DNA of 61,099 nucleotides, counting the filler, from Pirum gemmata (lineage: Eukaryota), in NCBI GenBank assembly GCA_002812295.1. It is 16 parts of 16 records of this genome, joined end to end, with 100 filler letters (N's around TTAATTAATTAA, not from the genome) between each part and the next. Parts side by side here need not be neighbours in the genome. Positions count along the whole stretch, not along the records: positions 49,810 to 53,522 come from PDIN01002100.1; positions 53,623 to 57,325 come from PDIN01002101.1; positions 57,426 to 61,099 come from PDIN01002102.1; 13 more parts are not named here. One strand, given 5' to 3'. Shown here piece after piece: positions 51,285 to 61,099 of the stretch. The notes beneath the pieces are model-generated. The model was not told where the DNA came from, ran no database searches, and was given only the letters and a program-made list of their open reading frames with translations. Position 1 is the first letter of the stretch. Every line of letters begins with the position of its first letter. Both the position numbers and the translations under genes were made by a program.

Positions 51285-52745
51285 TTCCCAAAAATACTAA
51301 CTGGACTTTTTATGCTTGTTTTATTATTCATATTTATTCTGGTTCATATATCAACGATAATACTGATAAAGAGAAACTGCTAAATCCTACGGTTCTTTGG
51401 TTATTTATTTATTTATCCAAAACAACCTTATTGTTGAGTTTAGTTTTTTTCAAGGTTTTTTTTTCAAGAACCCTTAAACCTATTTTTTTTTTTTTTTAGT
51501 TGTTTTCTCATTATAAAGTATACAATAAATAGTACCAAATTAATATAATTTAAACCCATTTAATCTAATTTGGTATATTTTATTATCTGTATATTGATTT
51601 AAAATTGCCCATTTAAAAATTATAACCCACCAAATAAATGTTCGGAGTAACAAAAAAAATGAAATGCACGATAATTTTTATTATCGATAGCTAGTAGTCA
51701 TTATTACAGTTGTCTCAATCTTTAATTTGGTACTATTTAAGTGTTAATTGACCTTTTTTATTAAATACAACATTACTTATAACATACCAAATTAATTAAA
51801 ACATGTCTGATAGTGTAATCATAATAATAATTTGGTATGTTTAATTCAGTTTTTGAACTGGACATAAAGTCGCCTAGTGTCGTCTCTCAGACTCAATAGA
51901 CTAGAGTCTACTTGCTCGATATGAGGGAAAAACCATCAAATCGAGACTGTCTCGAAATTTTCGAAATTTTTCGATCTATTTTTAAGTATGGAGTCTATTA
52001 ACTCATTTTTCATTTCACTTCAAAATTTATCAGATCGAGTTGTTTGATTTGATTATGTTTCCCGTATCTCCTATAGCTAGCTAGTACTAGCTCAATGTCT
52101 TATGACGTCATTTTATTATTACCGAACAGCTTCCGAAACTTTTCCGATTTTTATGGTTTTATTACTATTAATGGTAATATTATTACTTGAATCCGTAACT
52201 ACTTTAATTAGATTTACTATTTAAAGCTATGTGACTGCTATTATTAGTAAAAAACATGGAACTAAGGTTGGCTCGATAAGCATCTGTTCGAAAAAAGTTC
52301 CAGTAGATATCTCACCCCTACCCCCCCCCTCTTATCCTCTCATAAGTNGACGTCATTTTATTATTACCGAACAGCTTCCGAAACTTTTCCGATTTTTATG
52401 GTTTTATTACTATTAATGTTAATATTATTACTTGAATCCGTAACTACTTTAATTAGATTTACTATTTAAAGCTATATGACTGCTATTATTAGTAAAAAAC
52501 ATGGAACTAAGGTTGGCTCGATAAGCATCTGTTCGAAAAAGTTCCAGTAGATATCTCACCCCTACCCCCCCAGTATCTATTTTAAGTAATAATTTAACTG
52601 TTATGATATTCAAATTAACTTTTTTGAAATAAATAGGATAATAAATATACCATGGATTTATATTGTATTATAATACTCTTTTATTATGATGACAAAATAA
52701 CTGAAAAGCACGATAGTAGTAGTAGTATAATAGTAGTAGTATCGA

Positions 52746-52817
<72 letters not shown>

Positions 52818-52967
52818 TAGTAGTAGTAGTAGTAGTANNNNNNNNNNNNNNNNNNNNNNNNNNNNNNNNNNNNNNNNNNNNNNNNNNNNNNNNNNNNNNN
52901 NNNNNNNNNNNNNNNNNNNNNNNNNNNNNNNNNNNNNNNNNNNNNNNNNNNNNNNNNNNNNNNNNNN

Positions 52968-53009
<42 letters not shown>

Positions 53010-53013
53010 TTAA

Positions 53014-53072
<59 letters not shown>

Positions 53073-53157
53073 TTAATAGTAGTAGTAGTAGTAGTAGTAG
53101 TAGTAAGTAGTATTAATAGTAGTAGTAGTAGTAGTAAGTAGTAGTAGTAATTCTGAC

Positions 53158-53264
53158 TAATTTAAACATGGGTGTTATTTCTATAGGCTCACCAAATAAA
53201 GGTCGCGAAACAAACTTATCGTTACCAGTTAATTGTTTCAATAATCCAGTGTTGAAATAATACT
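53158..53264 (-). CDS. Single exon encoding part of a D5/P4-primase-type SF3 helicase
   Basis: Translation YYFNTGLLKQLTGNDKFVSRPLFGEPIEITPMFKL fits the D5-like helicase segment K.LTG.D....R.L......P.FKL that precedes motif C. It is bounded by CTAG| and |GTCAGA and flanked by microsatellites. Confidence 0.65.
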
Positions 53265-53622
53265 CTAGCAATCATAGGAATCATCCAATAAATATTATGA
53301 ACAGAAGAAAAGAGATGTATGGTCATTAATTTCTTTTTCACTATCATTAACATTGATCAACAACACCACCACCAACATCATTATCATCATTATCATCATT
53401 ACCATCATTAACATCATTAACATCATTATCATCATTATCATCGTTATCATCATTAACATCATTAACATCATTATCATCATTAACATCATTAACATCATTA
53501 TCATCATTATCATCATTATCATNNNNNNNNNNNNNNNNNNNNNNNNNNNNNNNNNNNNNNNNNNNNTTAATTAATTAANNNNNNNNNNNNNNNNNNNNNN
53601 NNNNNNNNNNNNNNNNNNNNNN

Positions 53623-53945
53623 TGGTTGATGTGGTGTTTGCTGTGCTGGTTGATATTTTTTTTGTATAATTGGTGGTGTTGTGGAATAATGAGTTCATCC
53701 TTTGTGTTGATTCCTTGGAAGCAGTCGCAGGATTCTTTGGCATCGTCTTCACAATAACATTCCAGTAGTGCTAATCTCCCATCGCCGGTGACGCGCAGGT
53801 AGACGTGTATTTTATCGTCTTGTTTGACTATTTTTGTTTTCATCAGTCTTTGTTTGATAGTGTTGATGAAATTGTGATCTGTTATTACGTTGAATGTTCG
53901 GGTTTTATTTTCACCCATCACTTCGACTATTACTTGTGTTGCCAT
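53623..53945 (-). CDS. 5' part of a hypothetical protein (3' truncated by contig end)
   Basis: ATG-initiated non-repetitive ORF MATQVIVEVMGENKTRTFNV...LECYCEDDAKESCDCFQG... open to the contig end. The N-terminus is loosely beta-grasp-like, which is not confirmed. Confidence 0.55.
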
Positions 53946-56583
53946 CGTTGCTGCTGCTGTTGTTGTTGTTGTTGTGTTGTTATTGTTATTGCTGTTGCTG
54001 TTGTTGTTGCTGTTGTCGCTACTATTCTTTTGTTGTTGTTGTTGGTGTTAATGGTAATATTACTATTTGTAGAGTATAATGATGATGTTGTTCAGTCCTT
54101 TATGATAATGATTATTGAATGTTGTTGAGATTGTTGATGGTGATGATGATGAGGATAATGATATTAATGATGATGATGATGGTAATGATAATTATAAAAA
54201 ATATGTTTAGGAAAATTATGATAATAGTGATGATGATGACAATAAATATAATGATGATTATAATAATGATTTATTAATAATGATGATAATAATAACAATA
54301 ATAATATTAATAATAAGTTAAGGTAGTGGTAATGATAATAATGTTATTGATAATATTAATAATAATGATGATGATAATAGTGATAATTGTAATGATAGTA
54401 ATATAAAATACTAATTAGAATAATACAGATAGATAGGTATTAGACAACAAAGAGAATTGTTCAAGATTAATGTGACTGATGAGTTAATGAAACTCAATGA
54501 TAAATATTGGTTGTAAGTATTGGTTGTACTACTGGCAGCTGATTAAAATTTATTTAATATAATATTATTATCCTACTAATAAATACTAAAAAAATCATTT
54601 CTGAAAGTTGAATCCCTGAAATTTTTTCCTGCGGACTCCTACAGGAAATCCATGACGTTTTGATGTTTACCGTTAAAAAAATTTATTAGACTTTTTTTTC
54701 TCGGTAGACTATGAGAGGGTACCACAGCCTAGTCTGAGAGGGGATTCTTTTTTTAGTAGCTAGCTGTAACTCAGCCTGTAAGTCTATGCATTGTACCCGC
54801 GGGCCGCAGACTACTACTAACGGTCTACCCTGGAGCAGATTCACCAGACCACTACCAGACCCTGGAGTCTGGACCCTGGTACTAATCTTATGTTGCTAAT
54901 CTCTAGCTGATACTCTTGATAGTGACTACAACAACTCTACAAGATCCTGGCTGGGGTTCTTCAACGGGGATTAAAAAAAAAGCACTTTTTTGTACTTTTT
55001 TATTACACAGCACGTTCTCTCTTTCCAAATTGCTCTTTCTCTACATGGCTTAGTCTAGCTACAGTCTACTAACTCTACTAGCTAGCTAGCTAGCGCGTAG
55101 CTGCACTCTTCTCGTCAAAACAAAAAAGAAAAAGAAAAATAGACTAGACTGAAAAATAGACTGATGAGAGAAATTTATATAATATGATATTATGATATGA
55201 TTTATTTGGAATAGACATGGCGCGTTTCTGGTGATATATATATCTCTAGCTAGCTAGCTAGTAGAGCAGAAATTCGACAAGACCCGGGTCTAGTAGCTAG
55301 CTATGATAGCTAGTAGGGGAACGTTCAAATACTACGTAACGCTAATTTCCGGTCAAATACAGCTTCAAATACCCCTACCTACCTACCCCTCGACGTTAAT
55401 TTCCGGTCAAATACCACCTATCTACCTACCTCTTGACGTGACGTATTATTTGAACGCTTCCTAGTAGTAGTAGAGGGAGTCTATTATCATGATAGGTAGA
55501 CCTATAATTAATTAAAATAAGCTATTCTATTCTACTATGGAATAGTGGAACAGTATGGATATGATACTATAGTAGTATGATAGCTATCAATCAGATACCA
55601 GATAGACTAGCTAGCTAGTCTCTCTACCTGGTAGTTCAGTCTAACAGAGTCAAAGTGTTAGACTATGATATCATTTATTTATACATATAATAAATCAAGG
55701 AGTTCAGGAAAAAATAATATATCGATACATGTAAACAAATAACTAGCTAGCTATGATAGCTAGTATCATATCAATATGACATAGCTAGCTAGCTAGCTAG
55801 ACTAGTAGCTACTACTCTACTAGCTAGCTACTAGACACTCCAGACCCCAGAGACACCAAGCTGCGCTAAAACTGCGGCACTAACAGCACTAACTTAGGTT
55901 ATCCATAGTTATTTATAAATAGACTTGATATTGATTAGTGAACTGATATTGATATCTGATCTACTTCTGATGCGAGTCATGCGAGTCATGCATGAGACTT
56001 CCGATAGCTTGTATGATAAGTTGTAATGTATCATAGAACCTATCATAACTAGCTAGCTACTCTAGCTAGCTAGCTAAACACATGGCCACATACCCCATCT
56101 GTACCCCACATGTAGAAACTCATCAGTGTATCCAGATGGACCAGATATGATAGTTCTCTCTACTAGCTAGTAGCTACCTAGTCTATTAGTTCACTATTAG
56201 TTCTGTACTGTTACTGTGTAGAGTCTACACTGTAGACAATGTATAATATATATATATGTACAAAAATCTATAAATAAGAATCATATACCATATCATATAT
56301 AGCTTATCATGTATCATAGTCTATATAATATAATAATATTATTTATTATAGACTAGACCAAAAAGGGTCTACCGGTATATCAGATAAAAGAGTTATAAAA
56401 GTTTTAGGTACTTAGACGAGAACTACATAAACAAAATAAAAAAATCGTAAAATAATAATAATATCATAAAAAAGAACTTAGTATTGTATATTTACTTATT
56501 TTTCTCTTTCAGTGACTTTAGAGAGCGACCAAAAGTTTTCTTTGATTTCACCCCCTTTATATAAGTATCAATCTGGTTCAACC

Positions 56584-57055
56584 ATGTTGGAAAAGTTTTT
56601 ACCTATTCTATTTTGGTTTTCTTTTCTTGGGAGCTTACCAATTTTAGTATATATTATGCATTCAAATGGTGTTGCAATGTATGGTGAGGGTAAAGATCCC
56701 ATTTGGTTAGTTAAAATGCGTATCGCTTTGTTTTTTCTTTGATTTTATCTGCAAATATGGCATTGTATTTTGGTGTTAAGTTTATTCAGTTGCCAAACTG
56801 TTGCTAATGAGCATTTTGATTACTAACATAATACTTTATTTTACAGGTACGCAATTTTGAATACATATGTGTCATCTATTGGTATAAATGGATTATTTTT
56901 ATATCCTTTTATTTTATTGTTGATTAAGAAGGATTACAATTGGAAAAAATGTCTAGATACAGCCGTTATGAATTGGATTTACGTTTCATGTTTAGAGGAA
57001 GTGATATTTCAACTACCACACAACATATTTTCAAAGTATATCTACTCCATACAAG
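56584..57055 (+). CDS. Multi-pass membrane protein, possibly EXPERA/EBP-like (3' partial; first 2 exons)
   Basis: Exon 56584-56705 (MLEKFLPILFWFSFLGSLPILVYIMH...KDPI) joins in phase 2 to 56847-57055 (WYAILNTYVSSIGINGLFLYPFILLL...NWIYVSCLEEVIFQLPHN...). Perfect TACTAAC branch point at 56821. The family assignment is tentative. Confidence 0.65.
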
Positions 57056-58794
57056 GTAACAGATTAACATTGCTAATAACTTTACTTTTCATACTTACAT
57101 CACTTTTTTATAGATTAAGGTTAAGTTTTCTTTAAGCCTCTTTTCTGAATACTGAGATTTCCCTCCTGTTATTTTCTATGTTACTTTTTATTTTATTTTA
57201 TTACATATATATATATAGTCAAGGGCCGAAAGACCCACATCTGGTTCCATATATATATAACTTTGACCTAAAATCAACTGTGCCTAATACAGTATTATAT
57301 ATGTTAATTATATTTATATTACATANNNNNNNNNNNNNNNNNNNNNNNNNNNNNNNNNNNNNNNNNNNNTTAATTAATTAANNNNNNNNNNNNNNNNNNN
57401 NNNNNNNNNNNNNNNNNNNNNNNNNATATATAATATGGAATGGATCGTATTACTATCGTATTCATATCATATCATTCATATAAAATTAAATTGGTTTTTT
57501 TAAATATATATATGTAAATCGAAATTGGGGTTGGGGTTGGGGTTGGGGTTGGGATCGTAGTAATCATCAAGAGTATTTAATACTCTTGCTTTCATAGATC
57601 ATTTATTCGCTGAATTTATAAAATTACCCAGAAAAAAAGTCAAATTTTTCTTTTTTTTTCACTTTTCAGTGAGTTTTCAGTGTCTTTCCCATTAATTAAA
57701 AATCACTATTTTACTTATTGCACACATTGAATTTTTATAATATTAATAATAAAAACTCGTGCAAAGTTTGATACCAAGGGAGTATTTTCAGCTCTTGTCT
57801 TTCGAATATGTGTTTAAACTAGAGATATATAAAGTCCGAAAAACGGCCTTTTATTATATTAATTAATAAATTAAGGAATTTTTTCGATAGCTCTTTTATA
57901 AATTAATTCTAACTTTAATTCTCGAGAAAATTTGCCTGCTTCTTAAAATTTCTATGAGACTTCGGGTACCTATGTTATACCTGGGTGCCTGCCCATGGGT
58001 TCATACCCTAACCCTAACCATAACCCTAACCCTAATCCTAACTAATAACGTTAACCCTATATATAGCTAGTTGTTTAACGTTAACTTTAACTCCTAACCC
58101 TAACCCTAACTCCTAACCCTAACCCTTATTAAGCTTAATTAACACCTAAGCGAGCCCTAACCTTGAGTAAAGTACAAAGAGATACTGTAATAATAGTAAC
58201 AATTAATGTTAATTGATTAATATGATCTCTTAATAATTATACGTGTACGATAACAATATTAATTATGATCGATTATAAAATAAATTTTTATTTTTTAATA
58301 ATAATAAATTACTATAATATATCATAATAATAGTAATTTTTTTTACGTATTAATTAAAAAACTGACAATAAAATACTTCACTATTATAACTCTATTATCA
58401 GGAATCTAAACTTCACTTTTGTTTTCGCTTGTTCTAATTAAGTTTAGGTAATTAACGTTAATTAACGTTTTAAAATTAACGTACAATTATTCATTCACAA
58501 TATAATGTGACTCAAAATGAATTAAATACTTATACATGCTTTACGGTATTAAACATAGGAACATAATGTCTTTACAATAATATAAAAACATAACATTTAA
58601 ATCATAGTTATCCGTAAGTCCGTCCATAAGCCATAGTTGCTCTATAACAGTGTATTAATCATTAATTATGATACTTGCCTTTTTATGATAATTATAAACA
58701 CAATATAATATTTTTAGACGAGTTGCCCTATATAATATTATAATAATCATTACATAATAATATAATAGATATACTATAATGAATTAAATTACAA

Positions 58795-60174
58795 TTAATA
58801 ATTTGCAAGAAAAGTACTGTCAATTATTAATACAAAAATACAAGCACTAGTTATACCCAATGTTATTAAAGTAGCGGTAATATTAATAGTCAATTCTTTA
58901 TCCACCGCAGGCACTACTCCACCATTGGCTAAGATGTTAAACACATTCACATAAGAAGCTCCCCCAAACAGACCAACCACAAACATTAAAGGAAACAACC
59001 AATAAAGTGGTACAAATTTGAAACGATCAATGCAAATCCACAGAGCAAAATTAAAACCTTGCAATAGAGTTAAAATATCAATACGGCGGATTTCGACAAT
59101 TTGTAAAGAAGAACGCGATAAAAAGACACCGAACCAATACATAAAATTTAACACTGGGAAATAGTTTTTGTAAAACCAATTATGTGAGGCTTCACCGTAA
59201 AAAGCTGGGTCAGGCATGCCGTAGTTAGGGTTGTTGTAATCAGGGGAACCATCACCAAGGGTATCAATATAAACGTGAACAGATTTATCAGCAAGTCCTG
59301 TAGCAATAACGTATTCAAAAAAATACACTAAATACAAATTAAGTCCAGGCCAGGCTACTAATTTTATACATCTCCATAATCTTTGACTTGAGGTTTCTTT
59401 TGTAGTTGTAGTAGACCCTGTGGTAGTTGCCATTGTAGTATATGAACCTTTCGATGATTGATAAATCTCAACAGATTCCACAGAGGGAGAGTCTAAATCA
59501 CTAGCGTCTAACTCTGATCCGCAAGAACCATTACTACTGGAACTGATATCACTAGAAGAACTAAAATGACTGCTTGTTCGTTTAACACCATCGTATTTTA
59601 ACAATCGTTCTGTTTCGGTATTTTTGTTTGTTGAAGGTAAGCGTAATAAGTAAAAGAATATAACGTAAATAAAAGCAAACGGTATGGTCACTAACCAGCA
59701 ATATTTTAATTCCAAACCCACGGATTGATAAAAAATATACAACGCTGTTCCCAACACCCCAGCAAAACCAGTACCACTCGACCAAGCATTCAACTGAGTA
59801 GAATCAAATTGATGTAAATAGCCTAAAAATAAACTTTCGCCAAAACTAGAAGCAAAACCTACACACGCAATAAATAGTAAACAAACCCAAAAATTATTTA
59901 CAAAGGCCATAGCTGCTAATCCACCTACGGTCAAAACAAAGAAAAAATAAACTCGAACGGTGTAAGATATATAAGGGATTAAAAATGTATTTAACGCTCT
60001 GGCAATAACACCAACACCCACCGAAGCCCAGGTTATAGCACCAATTAATGATTGCTGCCCATACTGTGTAACAATATCGTGAGCAGCAGCATTAATAATA
60101 ACAAAGCACAAATTATTAATAGTTCCTATTATAAAAAAGGAAATCCAATTGATCAAACTATCATGCTTCCCCAT
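58795..60174 (-). CDS. CLN3: Battenin/CLN3 (BTN1) family lysosomal-vacuolar membrane protein
   Basis: Intronless 459-aa multi-TM ORF with family motifs GTINN..VI..AAHDI, SSFGE..FL, AWSSGTGFAG, LVYFFEY.I, GVFLSRSS and GLFGGASYVN. Confidence 0.93.
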   Translation of the reverse strand: MGKHDSLINWISFFIIGTINNLCFVIINAAAHDIVTQYGQQSLIGAITWASVGVGVIARALNTFLIPYISYTVRVYFFFVLTVGGLAAMAFVNNFWVCLLFIACVGFASSFGESLFLGYLHQFDSTQLNAWSSGTGFAGVLGTALYIFYQSVGLELKYCWLVTIPFAFIYVIFFYLLRLPSTNKNTETERLLKYDGVKRTSSHFSSSSDISSSSNGSCGSELDASDLDSPSVESVEIYQSSKGSYTTMATTTGSTTTTKETSSQRLWRCIKLVAWPGLNLYLVYFFEYVIATGLADKSVHVYIDTLGDGSPDYNNPNYGMPDPAFYGEASHNWFYKNYFPVLNFMYWFGVFLSRSSLQIVEIRRIDILTLLQGFNFALWICIDRFKFVPLYWLFPLMFVVGLFGGASYVNVFNILANGGVVPAVDKELTINITATLITLGITSACIFVLIIDSTFLANY

Positions 60175-61099
60175 TTTGTGGTGGTTTGTTTTAATAGTAA
60201 TTAATATTATTATAAATTATAAATTTTGGTTTCTGGTTTTTGGTTTTCTTTTGGTTTCAAGTATGGCTTGGTTTTTGGTTTTGGGGGTTTATAATTTGAT
60301 TTTGATTTTGGGTTTTCGTTTTCGGTTTTCGGTTTAAGTTTTAAGTTTTAAGTTCTAAGTTTTAAGTTTTAAGTTTTTTAAGTTTTAAAGGTTTGGTTTT
60401 GGTTTTGATTTTGATTTTCTTGGTTTTCGCTATAAGTAAAGGTTTTGGTTTTGGTTTTGGTTTTGTTTTTGTTTTTGTTTCTGGTTTTGTTTTTGGTTTT
60501 GTTTTTGTTTCTGGTTTTGTTTTTGTTTTCGTCTATTATATTTTATGTATAATTTAGTTGTTGTAATATTCTTAATTCTACCTGTTATTCCCCTCCTACT
60601 ACACTAATTTATATTTTAAATAAATAAATATATATATTTATATTATATTGTTACAGTTTTTATTATTATTATTATTATTTACTTTTAAAATTTTTTAAAT
60701 TTTTTTAGTTTTTTTCTTCCCCTTTTTAGTTTTATATCAGTTATTTACTAAATTTACTAAGTTATTTAGCTATCGAGTTCTAGCAAGTTCTAGCCAAACT
60801 ACTGGTCAAACTAACCAAAAAAAAAAATAGACACGAGTCCCTATCTACCAGTTAGTAGCTAGTCTAGTTGGGTAGTAAAAACTACCAATATATATAATTA
60901 TAGGGTCTAATTATATATTATATTATCATATTATCACACTTCTTACTATAATATGACAGCTAGTCTATATGACATCATAGTCTACTAGCTAGAAGGGGTT
61001 TTCGAGCAACTCGGGGTTTGTGTAGTTTGTGTCGTGCTTTTCATTTATTTTGTCATTCCGAATATTTGGTTGTTTATAATATTTAAACTGATACTTTTA

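Noticed and set aside
1..61099. Treating the genes as a functional cluster (e.g. RGS-globin with neighbouring LITAF, GH16 or ABCG)
   Set aside because: The pieces are unrelated short scaffolds joined by artificial spacers, so only within-piece adjacency is informative.

Overview
Very AT-rich eukaryotic genomic DNA with GT-AG spliceosomal introns, TTAGGG-type repeats and abundant microsatellites, most likely from a unicellular eukaryote (species not determinable from sequence). The window is not a contiguous locus. It is 16 short scaffolds (about 3.6-4.4 kb each) joined by 15 artificial 100-bp N44-TTAATTAATTAA-N44 spacers, so adjacency across spacers is meaningless. Genes reconstructed by hand: a LITAF-domain protein (5' partial); a secreted protein with two 6-Cys repeats; a 5-exon RGS domain + globin fusion ending in a CaaX box (the most striking feature, a putative membrane-anchored haem gas sensor wired to heterotrimeric G-protein signalling); a 6-exon secreted PAN-PAN-GH16 glucanase; an intronless ABCG half-transporter; an intronless CLN3/battenin; and several partial genes. 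Two relics look viral: a decayed Nudix hydrolase and an apparently intron-flanked exon of a D5-like SF3 helicase. Intergenic DNA is dominated by several MITE families, a tRNA-derived SINE, interstitial and intronic telomere-like arrays, and pervasive short palindromic insertions.
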